The notes: generated from the letters alone by a model not told the origin. Positions 10,618 to 20,793 are shown, numbered from the whole stretch's first letter. The stretch is 64,000 nucleotides of DNA, filler included, from an uncultured Myxococcia bacterium (GCA_964617105.1; 6 parts of 6 records of this genome joined end to end with filler, not necessarily neighbours in it); one strand, 5' to 3'. Numbers and translations are program-made.

Positions 10618-10953
10618 TCAAGAAAAACTTTGGCGGGCTTCATCAAGGCTGTTGTAAAGTTTAAATACCTGTAACAGGCCAGTTGTTTTAAAAACATCTT
10701 TTACCTGGGGCCTGGGATTAAACAATCTGACACCACCGCCTTTGGATTCAGCATCTTTGAATAGAGAGAGGCATTCGCGAATGCCAATAGAACTTAAAAT
10801 ATTCAACTCTTCCAGGTTGAGAACAAATTTGCATTTACCCTGTTTAATCAGGTTTTCCCTTTCCTGTTTGAACTCCAGAGCAGTGTCGTTGGTTAACTCG
10901 CCAACGGGAGTTATAATTGTCGCGTCGCCCATTTCGGTAATTTTTATTTCCAT
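10618..10953 (-). CDS. STAS-domain anti-sigma factor antagonist
   Basis: GEL...LNLEELNILSSIG...VFKTTGL, RsbV/SpoIIAA-like with the phosphorylatable Ser. Confidence 0.9.
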   Translation of the reverse strand: MEIKITEMGDATIITPVGELTNDTALEFKQERENLIKQGKCKFVLNLEELNILSSIGIRECLSLFKDAESKGGGVRLFNPRPQVKDVFKTTGLLQVFKLYNSLDEARQSFS

Positions 10954-11063
10954 AATATCCCTCTTAAGACGTAAGGTTAAATAATTTAAAGATTTTTATA
11001 TCTTAATATTAATAACAAAAAAAAGCAAGCAAAAAATATCTTGTAGCCCCAGATCCTGTGGTA

Positions 11064-11870
11064 TTATAGATGTTTAGTCATGTGCAGGGTAGAGCCATTG
11101 TCAAGGAATTCATAGCCGTCCATAAATGAGTCAATAATGGTAATGCCTCTGCCGCCGAGCACTAAAAGTTTTTTCGGGTCATTCATCTCCCCGATTTTCT
11201 TGTTAAAATCAAATCCTGAACCATTATCGCGGATGTAAAAATCAAGTTCATCGTTGTCGTAGAGCACCGACAAGTGTATTTCCTGCGTTTCATCGTTATT
11301 ATTGCCGTGCATAAAGGCATTGGCCAGCCCCTCATAAAAAGCGGTGGCAACTTTATTTATTTCGGTCTCATTGTAGTAACCAATGGAGTAAAACAGTTCG
11401 CGCACAAAAGAGACAGATGCGGTAATAAAATTTCGTTTTCCAGGAAATTTTATGTTTAGATCGTTTTTAATGTAAGGATGGATTTTTTTTCGTCCATCTT
11501 CAATATTTCTCCGGCGCCGAAATCGTTCAGTTACCGCCGATATTTCGTTTAATTCAAAAGGTTTTTTTATAAGGTAATCGGCATTGCTGTTGATGGCTTC
11601 CACCACATTGTCCTTATCGGCATTGGCGGTTATGATTACAATGGTCAACCGGCTGGATATCTGTCGGATTTTTTTAATTAATTCAATACCGGATATATCG
11701 GGTAAAACCATCTCGGTAAAAATAATTAAAGGCTCTTCAGTTAGAATTCGATCCACCAATTCTTGTCCGGAGGTGAATACCTGACAGGAAAAACCATCTT
11801 TAGTCAGTTTTCTTTTGATAAGGTTGGCAAAAAAATCTTCTTCATCGATTATAAATACATTTTTATTCAT
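11064..11870 (-). CDS. Receiver domain fused to RsbW-like anti-sigma factor kinase (HATPase)
   Basis: N-terminal REC fold (IIDEE...TEMVLPDISG...KKPF); C-terminal EGLANAFMHGN, IRDNGSGFD and GGRGI. Confidence 0.85.
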   Translation of the reverse strand: MNKNVFIIDEEDFFANLIKRKLTKDGFSCQVFTSGQELVDRILTEEPLIIFTEMVLPDISGIELIKKIRQISSRLTIVIITANADKDNVVEAINSNADYLIKKPFELNEISAVTERFRRRRNIEDGRKKIHPYIKNDLNIKFPGKRNFITASVSFVRELFYSIGYYNETEINKVATAFYEGLANAFMHGNNNDETQEIHLSVLYDNDELDFYIRDNGSGFDFNKKIGEMNDPKKLLVLGGRGITIIDSFMDGYEFLDNGSTLHMTKHL

Positions 11871-11894
11871 AATAGTTCAGTATCTAAAATTAAG

Positions 11895-11991
11895 TTAAAT
11901 AATATGTAAAATTATGTAAGATACATCATCTTCATAAACGGTTTCGCCACAAAACTTGACAGCGGCATTTTCGATCTGGTCACCGATTTCG
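11895..11991 (-). CDS. C-terminal fragment of a PP2C/SpoIIE-type phosphatase (truncated by contig end)
   Basis: Manual translation EIGDQIENAAVKFCGETVYEDDVSYIILHII* matches the F-x-G...DD-x-(S/T)-hydrophobic C-terminus of the family; it lies upstream of the RsbW-like and STAS genes. Confidence 0.6.
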
Positions 11992-12091
11992 NNNNNNNNN
12001 NNNNNNNNNNNNNNNNNNNNNNNNNNNNNNNNNNNTTAATTAATTAANNNNNNNNNNNNNNNNNNNNNNNNNNNNNNNNNNNNNNNNNNNN
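11992..12091. other. Artificial contig linker (N run plus TTAATTAATTAA)
   Basis: 100-nt N block with a central all-frame stop linker. Confidence 0.98.
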
Positions 12092-12348
12092 TTGATGCGG
12101 ACTTGAATAAGCAACTGTTGGAGTTTTATGGAAATATTCTAAAATATATAGAAGGCTCTCTTAAATTAGGAATAACTATGGGGGTGATCAGGGAATGTCA
12201 TACTGAAATAATCTCTTGTTGTATTTTGGGAACTATCAAAGAGGTTTTATACCATTACATTATGACTGGAAAGACCATTGAGCCGGCCAAGCTGGCTGGT
12301 GAGATATTAGATTATAATTTGAAGGGATTGTTCATGCCCGGGGTTTAA
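12092..12348 (+). CDS. C-terminal part of a probable TetR/AcrR family regulator (5' truncated)
   Basis: Helical C-terminal pattern IEGSLKLGITMGVIRECHTEIISCCILG...LKGLF; begins at the contig edge. Confidence 0.55.
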
Positions 12349-12704
12349 ATACGGCCGAAGTCGTCCTCAAAGCGTTCGATATCGTCTTCCCCAAAATAGT
12401 CGCCGGTTTGGATCTCGATGAAAACCACATCCTGCTGGCCGATATTTTCTACTCGATGGATGGAGTTCTGGGCAATATTCAGTGATTGGTCGGCAGACAC
12501 TTCCAATTGGCGTTGGCCCAGGGTTACCAGGGCGTTGCCGTTCAGGAAAAACCAGTGCTCAGAACGTTTTTGGTGGCGTTGTAAACTTAGACGTTTTCCT
12601 GGATAGACCACAATTCTTTTTATTTTGTGATCCTCGCGGTCAGATAGCACCACGAAATATCCCCAGGGACGATGATCGGTGTTGCAAGTCTGGTTGTTGA
12701 CCAT
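12345..12704 (-). CDS. Mannose-6-phosphate isomerase type II cupin
   Basis: RPWG, RLSLQRHQKRSEHW, IHRVEN and IEIQTGDYFGEDDIERFEDDFGR motifs. Confidence 0.92.
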   Translation of the reverse strand: MVNNQTCNTDHRPWGYFVVLSDREDHKIKRIVVYPGKRLSLQRHQKRSEHWFFLNGNALVTLGQRQLEVSADQSLNIAQNSIHRVENIGQQDVVFIEIQTGDYFGEDDIERFEDDFGRI

Positions 12705-12882
12705 TAGAGCAGGGGTCCTTAAGTCATTTTTGGGTAGTCAACCCGGCATTAAAATGCCGGGAATTCTTTTCGTCCTTAAAATGGTGAGTTTACAAAATAT
12801 GTTAGCACTGACAGAAAATTTTGGCAATAGATGAAACTCTGTCAATTGCTTATTAGGGTTAATTCCCGGATGGACCAGGAAC

Positions 12883-12915
12883 AAAAAAAAGCCGGGAATT
12901 ATAATTATTCCCGGC
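12883..12915 (-). terminator. Rho-independent terminator for the 12954..13220 gene
   Basis: 9-bp stem GCCGGGAAT/ATTCCCGGC next to an A8 run (U tract on the minus strand). Confidence 0.8.
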
Positions 12916-12953
12916 CTTAAAAAACAATTTCTATTGAAATTGTTGAGAGGGGC

Positions 12954-13220
12954 TTATTTTTTGATTACTTCCCGGACAGTTTCCCTAATAGAGTTAATCA
13001 GGCCTTTAAACTCTTTTTCGCCAAGTCCTTTATAAGCGGTGATGCCGTTGTTGGCCAGGATAACATCCTCTTCTATATCCAGGTTGATTTCACCAATGGT
13101 TTCGAAAAATTTGGTCTCACTGTCTTTTACGCTGGCGTTGGCGTCAGTGCTGTAAAAGGTTATGGAAAAGGTGAGAACCATGGCGATCATAATGGCGATT
13201 ATGGCGTTTAACTTTTTCAT
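12954..13220 (-). CDS. Small secreted hypothetical protein
   Basis: Signal peptide MKKLNAIIAIMIAMVLTFS...ANA; AAGGAG SD; own promoter and terminator. Confidence 0.75.
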   Translation of the reverse strand: MKKLNAIIAIMIAMVLTFSITFYSTDANASVKDSETKFFETIGEINLDIEEDVILANNGITAYKGLGEKEFKGLINSIRETVREVIKK

Positions 13221-13276
13221 TTCTTTACTCCTTATATATTATTTTTTGTTATTATCAGTTAACGACAATTTATATT

Positions 13277-13292
13277 TGCACAGACTGTGCCA
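13277..13292 (-). promoter_or_regulatory. Sigma-54 (-24/-12) promoter
   Basis: Minus strand TGGCACAGTCTGTGCA has GG-N10-GC spacing and lies about 55 nt upstream of the ATG at 13220. Confidence 0.7.
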
Positions 13293-13661
13293 AGTTGAAC
13301 AAAAAGATAAATAAAACTCAACTAGCTGATAATATGGGGAAATTTAGCGATATGGTGTTCGGTTAGTTTGAGTGATATGTGTAGTCATAAAAATACGCAA
13401 TAACTCGTACCAATAAGCAATAAAAATGACGCACTGGGTCGAATTGTTGTAACATGGTGATAAATAAAGAAAAATAGTGGTGATGCCGTTGGGATACACA
13501 ACGGTGACCGGTGTAGCATGAAGACTACACGCAAATTTGGTCTAAAAAATATTTTGGTTAGTGTACTGTATAGCAAGAATTGATAATTTTTTATAAGTTG
13601 AAATCAAAATAGTTTCAGGTAATATGACAACCAAGTCATACATTAGGAGTATTTTATCAAC

Positions 13662-15299
13662 ATGCGTAAAATATTTTATCTGCTAGCTGCGGTTTTAGTC
13701 GCCCTGGCGGCCTATTTTTTTGTTGCTGACCTTTGGGCTTTCTTTAAGGTCACTGCCCACCACTTCACCTTTCCCTACGACCTGGAACAAGAGGAGGGAT
13801 ACAACCTAATCCACGCCGTTTTCTTGAAAGAGGGGGTTCCAATTTACTCCCCTCTGGATCAATACCCCTATCTTTTTACCAACGATTATCCTCCAGTCTA
13901 TTTTATCCTCCTGGCCCTTTTGTTGCCCTTTTTCGGTCATACACTTTTGCCGGCCAGACTGCTTTCCTTTATACCGGTTCTGGGCTGTGCTCTGTTGGTC
14001 TACTTTTTTATCAGACAGTTGTCAGAAAAGCAGGAGAACTCAGGTCAAGGAGTTATTGCGGAATTGTCCAGACAGGTTATTCCCCTGGGAGCGGCGATTG
14101 TTTTTTTAACCAATGACCTGATAGTCTATTGGTGCAGTTTGGCCCGAACCGACTTTCTCTCTATCTTTTTTTCTTTGCTGGGCCTATATTTCATCCGCAA
14201 TTATCCCCGCGGTTTCTATTGGGCCATTCTCTTTTTTCTGCTTTCCGGATTTACCAAACAGTTGACGGTTGCCGCGATTTTTGCATCCTTTATTTGGCTG
14301 CCTCATCCGGCCCGCTGGCGATTTTTAGCCATATTATCCGGCCTTACGGCTGCGGTTTTGCTGATCTTGTTTGTGGTCACTGGCGGCCAATTTTTTCATC
14401 ATCTCTTTTTTTACAACATGATTGTAGGTGCACCGGAAATCAGGTATCTGGTCTTTTTTCTGGCTACTAATGTGTTTCTTTTACCAATATTACTGGCCGG
14501 GATAAAAGATAGAAATTATTCGCTCTTTACTATCTATTTTTTTATTGTGTTCACCCTGAAGACGCTCCAGTTGTTCAAAGGGGGAGCTCATAGCAACTAC
14601 TATATTGAGGTGTTTTTAGTTATGGTTATCCTGGTGGGCGGCGGCGCCTGCCGCTTGAAGGCGGCGCTGGTCAATGGTAAAGATGGCGGCTCACTATTTA
14701 TCCCCCGGTTCAAGGCCCTGGGAGCACTAATTCTTTTGCTTCTCTATTTAATCCTCAATACCTCTATATATTACATGGAAACTATGGATACCCATAAACG
14801 CAAGATTGGAGACTACCTCCTCTCTTTGACCAAAAGGTACAATGTGCTCAATGAGTTTGGCACTTTTAATGTATTAGCTGGAAAGGAGCCGCGGCCAGAG
14901 GGATTTGGCCTGAAGGAGTTGTACCATGCCGGATATTTAAGCCCGGATGATCTTTACAACTTTTGTGTGAAAAACGACTTTCGCTATCTGATTTTTTACG
15001 AGGACTATAAAGATTTACCAGGGTTTGACCAGTGTGTAAAGGAGCGTTACTCCTTGAGTGAGCAGTTGCCTCGCTACAACCCTGTTGGGATTAATATGCT
15101 TATGTACGATAAAAAGAGTGATATTGCCATGCACAATATTTTACCTCTGGCTGGTATTGCCTATCGATTTATCTCCTTTAGCCAAAGCATTGTAGACTGG
15201 TTGGAAACTCTTCTGCCCCAGCGGTTGAAGTCCGGCTTTAAAGAGGATTCTTTTGATAGAGAATGGCAGATTTACCAACGTAACGATTTTGGCGAATAA
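13662..15299 (+). CDS. Polytopic membrane protein, probable GT-C (ArnT/PMT-like) glycosyltransferase
   Basis: Many TM helices; loop motifs EQEEG, YPPVY, RTD and FTKQ. Confidence 0.65.
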   Translation: MRKIFYLLAAVLVALAAYFFVADLWAFFKVTAHHFTFPYDLEQEEGYNLIHAVFLKEGVPIYSPLDQYPYLFTNDYPPVYFILLALLLPFFGHTLLPARLLSFIPVLGCALLVYFFIRQLSEKQENSGQGVIAELSRQVIPLGAAIVFLTNDLIVYWCSLARTDFLSIFFSLLGLYFIRNYPRGFYWAILFFLLSGFTKQLTVAAIFASFIWLPHPARWRFLAILSGLTAAVLLILFVVTGGQFFHHLFFYNMIVGAPEIRYLVFFLATNVFLLPILLAGIKDRNYSLFTIYFFIVFTLKTLQLFKGGAHSNYYIEVFLVMVILVGGGACRLKAALVNGKDGGSLFIPRFKALGALILLLLYLILNTSIYYMETMDTHKRKIGDYLLSLTKRYNVLNEFGTFNVLAGKEPRPEGFGLKELYHAGYLSPDDLYNFCVKNDFRYLIFYEDYKDLPGFDQCVKERYSLSEQLPRYNPVGINMLMYDKKSDIAMHNILPLAGIAYRFISFSQSIVDWLETLLPQRLKSGFKEDSFDREWQIYQRNDFGE

Positions 15300-15318
15300 A
15301 AGGAAAACTGATATCAAA

Positions 15319-16578
15319 ATGCCTACCGCGGCCCCAAAAAACCTATTTAAGGACCAAAAGTCATGGAATAGTTGGCAATGGCAGATGGCCAATGCCATAA
15401 CCGATAGTGAACAGTTGCAGTCGGTGATTCCTCTTTCCCGTCAGGAAAAGATCTCCATTGACGCCAGTTTACGCCATTTCCGCATGGCCATAACCCCCTA
15501 CTATGCCAGCCTTATTGATCCGGCTGATCCTTTTTGCCCTATCCGGCTGCAGGCAGTGCCCCAGTCGGCTGAAGGGGTGGTTGCTCCTGGTGAATATGAA
15601 GATCCACTGCAAGAAGATCAGTATATGCCGGTACCGGGATTGGTGCATCGCTATCCGGACCGGGCGCTTTTTTTGGTGACTCAGGTGTGTTTTATCTATT
15701 GCCGGCATTGCACCCGCCGAAGGAGGGTAGGGGAAAAAGATTCAAATAGTTCTCAAACCTCCTTTCAAAAGGCGGTGGGCTATATCAAGGCCAACCCTGT
15801 TATACGAGATGTGTTGGTTTCTGGTGGCGATCCTCTGGTGCTTTCTGATGAAAAACTGGAGACAATTCTTTCTGGCCTGAGAGAGATAGAGCATGTGGAA
15901 ATAATCCGGATTGGCACCCGCGCTCCGGTGGTGATGCCCATGCGGATAACCACCAAACTGGCTAAAATGATACAAAAATATCATCCTGTCTATCTAAACA
16001 CTCACTTTAATCATCCCCGGGAGATCACTGCCCTGGCCGGAGAAGCCTGCGCAAAATTGGCCAACCACGGTATCCCTCTGGGTAACCAGGCGGTATTACT
16101 TCGATACGTAAACGACTGTTCTCATGTGATGAAGAAGTTGTCTCAGGAACTGTTACGTATCCGGGTGCGGCCCTATTATATTTCTCAGTGTGATCCGGTT
16201 CAGGGTCTTTCCCATTTTCGTACTCCAGTGTCCAGGGGGATAGAGATCATCGAGGCTCTGCTGGGGCATACGTCCGGCATGGCGGTTCCCACTTTTGTGG
16301 TGGATCTGCCCGGGGGTTGCGGTAAGGTTCCGATAATGCCCAACTATACTGTTTCCCAATCACCTGGGCAAGTAGTATTTCGAAACTTCGAAGGCTGTTT
16401 CTCCCGGTACACCGAAAATATTAACCCCGATTCCGGGTGCGGCCGCCACTCAGCCTGCCAGGATCCCCGCTACCGTATCCAAGTTGGGCCATCATCAATG
16501 TTGGATACAGGCGGTCCGGTAAACATAATCCCAGACATAGAAAGAATAAAGTGGGTCAATAAAAAGCCCAACGATTAA
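15319..16578 (+). CDS. kamA: Lysine 2,3-aminomutase (radical SAM/PLP)
   Basis: WQWQMAN, HRYPDR, CFIYCRHCTR, SGGDP, RIGTR, THFNHP and VDLPGGCGKVP. ATG at 15319 preferred over the track start of 15253. Confidence 0.88.
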   Translation: MPTAAPKNLFKDQKSWNSWQWQMANAITDSEQLQSVIPLSRQEKISIDASLRHFRMAITPYYASLIDPADPFCPIRLQAVPQSAEGVVAPGEYEDPLQEDQYMPVPGLVHRYPDRALFLVTQVCFIYCRHCTRRRRVGEKDSNSSQTSFQKAVGYIKANPVIRDVLVSGGDPLVLSDEKLETILSGLREIEHVEIIRIGTRAPVVMPMRITTKLAKMIQKYHPVYLNTHFNHPREITALAGEACAKLANHGIPLGNQAVLLRYVNDCSHVMKKLSQELLRIRVRPYYISQCDPVQGLSHFRTPVSRGIEIIEALLGHTSGMAVPTFVVDLPGGCGKVPIMPNYTVSQSPGQVVFRNFEGCFSRYTENINPDSGCGRHSACQDPRYRIQVGPSSMLDTGGPVNIIPDIERIKWVNKKPND

Positions 16579-16604
16579 CCTGGTTAATTCGCACTCTGTA
16601 ACGT

Positions 16605-16726
16605 CCTAAATGGATCACCTTTGGCGTCAGTTAGCCAAGATGCATCCATTACATTATAAATCGTAAGAATTCGGATGCGCTCGAATAACTGCAACAACGT
16701 TAGTCGAGATTCAGCCGAATTCTTAC
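16605..16726. repeat. Two adjacent hairpin elements related to the 9816-9960 repeat
   Basis: 12-bp IR GTAAGAATTCGG(16663)/CCGAATTCTTAC(16715); the reverse complement of 16605-16627 matches 9911-9933 at 20/23 nt. Confidence 0.7.
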
Positions 16727-17832
16727 TTGGTGGTGAGGTAATACCAGATAGTCCGGAAAGGATGCGCAAACATAGAGGGGTAGGCTTCGCAGTCCACCCA
16801 ACAGGGTAGGCAGTCTTCGTTTTGGTCGCAGTTTTTAATTATACTACGCACTTTGCCTGCCATTTCAGATTCAAGAATTTCGGGAATGCTATAGTTGTAA
16901 TCCTTTACGTTGCCCATAAAGATTTGGGAGCGGTCGCAACTTTTAACATTGCCGTCTGCCTGGATAGTTAAAGAGGCAAAACTAGAGGTGCAGGGGATAA
17001 CCATCTTTTTTTTGTCCAGTCGCAAAAAACGCAGGTAGAGTTTTAGATAGATACGCATAAACAGGGTGTTGGCGCCTTTGATTTTGGCTCCCTGATAGAT
17101 TTGTTTTACCTTCTGTACGGTTTTTTCCAGGTTTTTCTGGCAGGCTACAATCATTTCATCCTGTTTATCGGTGTTGCCGTAAAAATCTGATTCAACTCCG
17201 TAGCAGAGGGTGGAGGAGCCGTGCCCAATATGTTCCCTGAACTCAGAAACTGTGTCAATATTGTAGTTGGTGATAATAGTCTGCACTGCGGTGTAGAAAT
17301 TTTTGTGCTTTTTTTCCAACTTCTGCAGCCGCTGAAAAGTTTCCATGGACTGATCATAGCAGTCAAAACCGCGGGATAGTTTTTGTTCCTCTCTGAAACC
17401 ATCGATACTGACGGTTACGTGAAATTCCACTCCGGGCCGCAATTTTTCAATGCACTGTTCGATTATTTTTTCCACCCGGTCTGATTTAAGGCCGTTGGTG
17501 GGGATATTTATCATGGACAGGTGGGGACATTGCCGGCACAAATATTCCACGTATTGAGGCAACTCTTTCAACAGGGTAGGTTCACCACCGCAAAGGCTTA
17601 TCCAGAAAATATTGTGGCGGATACTATCGATAACTTTTTTGAACTCCGCCAAACTTAACTCCTGGCTGTGATCCTTGATTTGCCATATATTACATATAGT
17701 ACATTTTGAATTGCATCGGTAGGTGAGATCGAAGTTGTACTTAAAGGGGATCAGTTTCGGCCAGCCAAAATGGCGAAAAAAAAAGGTCAAAATTGACCGG
17801 TATAAAAGATAAAAGTAGGATCTTAAACGCAT
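16723..17832 (-). CDS. Radical SAM protein with SPASM/twitch domain
   Basis: CNSKCTIC, GGEP, TNG and SIDG motifs; C-terminal C...DGNVKSC...GNV...C..C...C. Confidence 0.88.
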   Translation of the reverse strand: MRLRSYFYLLYRSILTFFFRHFGWPKLIPFKYNFDLTYRCNSKCTICNIWQIKDHSQELSLAEFKKVIDSIRHNIFWISLCGGEPTLLKELPQYVEYLCRQCPHLSMINIPTNGLKSDRVEKIIEQCIEKLRPGVEFHVTVSIDGFREEQKLSRGFDCYDQSMETFQRLQKLEKKHKNFYTAVQTIITNYNIDTVSEFREHIGHGSSTLCYGVESDFYGNTDKQDEMIVACQKNLEKTVQKVKQIYQGAKIKGANTLFMRIYLKLYLRFLRLDKKKMVIPCTSSFASLTIQADGNVKSCDRSQIFMGNVKDYNYSIPEILESEMAGKVRSIIKNCDQNEDCLPCWVDCEAYPSMFAHPFRTIWYYLTTK

Positions 17833-17999
17833 GGTAGAAAATTAGCATATACAAATTTAGATGTCAAATAGAGGATTTTGTTGAGCATAAATATTAGCAA
17901 CAGGTCACAATGTTACTCAGGAAAAATAACACTTGAAACAATGATAGGTTTATTTTATGATAATATTCTAAAACAGGTACTGTTAATTCGGGAGGAACT

Positions 18000-20777
18000 T
18001 TGCATAAATATTACGGTTTTTTACGGATTACGCCCTCTCGGGCGGGGTTGCTGGTTGGACTCCTTGGCTGTATTCTGTCCCTGTTTCTCTACAATTGTCT
18101 CAACGGCAAAGTGAGTCGGCAGAGTAGCGTTATTGTTCCTTTGCTTTCAGGTGAAAAACCAGCCTTAAAAATTGTCACTCAGGGCAAATTGCCGGTGAGC
18201 GTGGAGATGGCGCTTAACGACCTGACTTTTGCTTTGGAAAAAATGACCGATGTCTCTTTCAATTCAGAAGTGTTGAGAGTAGACCAACCAATATCGCCCC
18301 GTTTTTTTAACCGCCAGGTTTTTTTACTCATCGGCTCAGGTATGTTGGCAGATGAACCGCTCTCTGGTTACGAGTTGGAGCGGCTAAAAAATAATCCGGA
18401 ACAATTTATTATAAAAGTAAAAGAAGGATCCCCCCTGGTTATTCAAGTAGAGGCCGGTTCTCCTCTCTATATGCAGTATGCCATCTATTCCCTGCTCAAG
18501 GAGTTTGGGGTGGCTTATTACCATCCCCGGGAAACCTATTTTCCAAAAGTCAGGGAAGTGTCAATTAATAACTATTATCAGCAATCTGACTTTATCAAGA
18601 GCGGCTTAAAAAAACGCGGTTTTCATTTTCACACCGAATTTCCCATCCCTTTGACCCACTTCTTGTTTAACCCCTCAGATAAAAATTTTGGTTATATCCG
18701 GGAGTATCTCGATTATCTGGTTAGAAATCTGCAAAATGTTTTCCAGTTTTCCCTTCTGTCAGGACTCAATATGGAACACTGGACGCCTTATGGACAGAGG
18801 ATAGCCAATTATGCCCACCAACGGGGAATAAAGATGGGGGCATCTCTGAGTTTTAACAACCAACAGAAGAAAAGTTATCAACTTATTTCTGATACCGAGA
18901 CCGAGGAAACCGGGCAGATAGAAACCAACCTTAAGCGGCTTTTAAAAGTGCCTTTTGATTCTTTGGTGTTGGATTTTTCCAGAGATTCCAGGCAGACCTG
19001 GCCGGCAGAAAAGGTAAAGAGTTGGTTTAGTTCGGCAAAAGAAGCAATAAAACCAATCGCTAATCAGCCGGAGTTATATGGATTGGTTTTACCCGATAAT
19101 GATCTTTTAGATGAGAACAACGGTCAATACTATCACCTTTTGGAGGGCGATGAAAAAGGCCCTGGTTATTATGTGACTGTCCCTCAATTTTATAATCTGA
19201 CCGATCCAGCTCTGATACATGGAGGAAGCAATCTTCATCATCAGCGATCGTTTATTGAGCGTAATGCCTCGGCTAAAACCAAAGTGGTATATTTTCCCGC
19301 CAATTCCTGGTGGCAGGGATTTGATATCGATTTCCCTCTGGTTCTTCCGCTGACAGCCTATTCCCGCTGGAGCGATATGGACTACTTAAAACGGAAAACC
19401 GTGGCGGGTCAGGTGACTTTCACCTCTGGTCAAGAATGGGGCTATTGGATTATTGATTACTATACCGCCCTGGTGGCTCTGAATCCTGACTATCACTGGA
19501 AAAGCCATTACCAAAAGGTTGCCGGGATTATATCCAAAGAAAAAGCCGGTAAAACTGCCATAGCCACGGTGTTAGAAGAGTGGACTGAGAAGCAACGGCA
19601 CTATTTTTTCGAGAAAGATCCTTTCCTCTATTACTATTTAATCGGAATTTCTCCCCCGAAAACTGCGGGATCGGCCAAGGCGCAAAAAAGGATTTCGTTC
19701 TCTCAGGTGGTGTCTGAATTGAGTGACGATGAGTATTATAGTTGGATGACCAGTCACTATGATGTGCTGATTAAGATGCAAAGAAGTTTTGAGGAGAGTT
19801 ACCAAAAATTGCCCACCGACCGAGTAATTACCGCTTCGGGGGATCAGAAATTGTGGCTAGAGTTGAAAAATGGGCTGCAACTCTATTTGGTGAGGCTAAA
19901 ACATCTGCTCGCCCTGTACCAAGCGGCTATGGCTGCCAGAAAAGGCAATAAATCCTTCGCCAGGGAGAGATTAGATGAAGCCAAAGAATTACGCTCCAGG
20001 GCCCAGAACATGATCAATGTGGTGGAAACCCATGTTTATCGCTATCCTTTATCCATGATGACCGGCCTGGAGGCCAACCGCTCTTATTTTCAATACGGGT
20101 ATTTGCGGCCTGCCTCAAAAGTTCAGCATTGGTTTAAAGGTGAACAGGAATGTGCTCAGGCCTTGGAGATGAAATTTGGCGGTCAGGCAGAAACCTTCAA
20201 ACACTATCCTTACCAGGTTTTTCGGGTAGATTCCGCTGATTTAAAAATAACTGAACCAGAGTCGTCCGGCGCCAAGACTTTAGTGAAGCCATTTTTGTCA
20301 TCCCTGCTTTTGGCCTCTCATTTACGGACAACCACCAGGTTCGATATGGAATTTTCCCTGGCCCTGGACCATAACCAGAACTTTAAACCAGATTTAAAGA
20401 GCGAGTCATTTTTGGCCACCGACTTGCTGCAGGCAGGGTTTTATCAGGGCAGCATTGGGCAGTTTCCCTTGCCGGTAAGAAACCAGGATGGCAACCAGGT
20501 TGGAATTTTGTACCTTAACCAGGTAAAAGTAGACTTGGAATTGAAAATGATTAATGAAAAGGTAAGCAAACTTTATCAAGGGAAATTAAGCGCTCTGTTA
20601 ACCAAAGATAATTTGTTGGATATGCTATTACTTAGTGATGATACCATTACTACCAGGCAGAGGGCATCTAGGCTGCTGGCCGAGCAATTGGAAGTGTCAG
20701 TAGAAGATTTGCCCAGGGTTCTACCTCTGGTTTTAGAATTCCTGCAGGTAGAGATGAAAAAGGCAGAAGAAAAATAG
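18000..20777 (+). CDS. Large exported or membrane-anchored hypothetical protein (possible glycoside-hydrolase-like fold)
   Basis: 925-aa ORF with N-terminal TM segment; YAIYSLLKEFGVAYYHP...RGFHFH resembles hexosaminidase-like domain 2 followed by a barrel (weak). Confidence 0.5.
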   Translation: MHKYYGFLRITPSRAGLLVGLLGCILSLFLYNCLNGKVSRQSSVIVPLLSGEKPALKIVTQGKLPVSVEMALNDLTFALEKMTDVSFNSEVLRVDQPISPRFFNRQVFLLIGSGMLADEPLSGYELERLKNNPEQFIIKVKEGSPLVIQVEAGSPLYMQYAIYSLLKEFGVAYYHPRETYFPKVREVSINNYYQQSDFIKSGLKKRGFHFHTEFPIPLTHFLFNPSDKNFGYIREYLDYLVRNLQNVFQFSLLSGLNMEHWTPYGQRIANYAHQRGIKMGASLSFNNQQKKSYQLISDTETEETGQIETNLKRLLKVPFDSLVLDFSRDSRQTWPAEKVKSWFSSAKEAIKPIANQPELYGLVLPDNDLLDENNGQYYHLLEGDEKGPGYYVTVPQFYNLTDPALIHGGSNLHHQRSFIERNASAKTKVVYFPANSWWQGFDIDFPLVLPLTAYSRWSDMDYLKRKTVAGQVTFTSGQEWGYWIIDYYTALVALNPDYHWKSHYQKVAGIISKEKAGKTAIATVLEEWTEKQRHYFFEKDPFLYYYLIGISPPKTAGSAKAQKRISFSQVVSELSDDEYYSWMTSHYDVLIKMQRSFEESYQKLPTDRVITASGDQKLWLELKNGLQLYLVRLKHLLALYQAAMAARKGNKSFARERLDEAKELRSRAQNMINVVETHVYRYPLSMMTGLEANRSYFQYGYLRPASKVQHWFKGEQECAQALEMKFGGQAETFKHYPYQVFRVDSADLKITEPESSGAKTLVKPFLSSLLLASHLRTTTRFDMEFSLALDHNQNFKPDLKSESFLATDLLQAGFYQGSIGQFPLPVRNQDGNQVGILYLNQVKVDLELKMINEKVSKLYQGKLSALLTKDNLLDMLLLSDDTITTRQRASRLLAEQLEVSVEDLPRVLPLVLEFLQVEMKKAEEK

Positions 20778-20793
20778 AAAATAAGGAGGAGAT

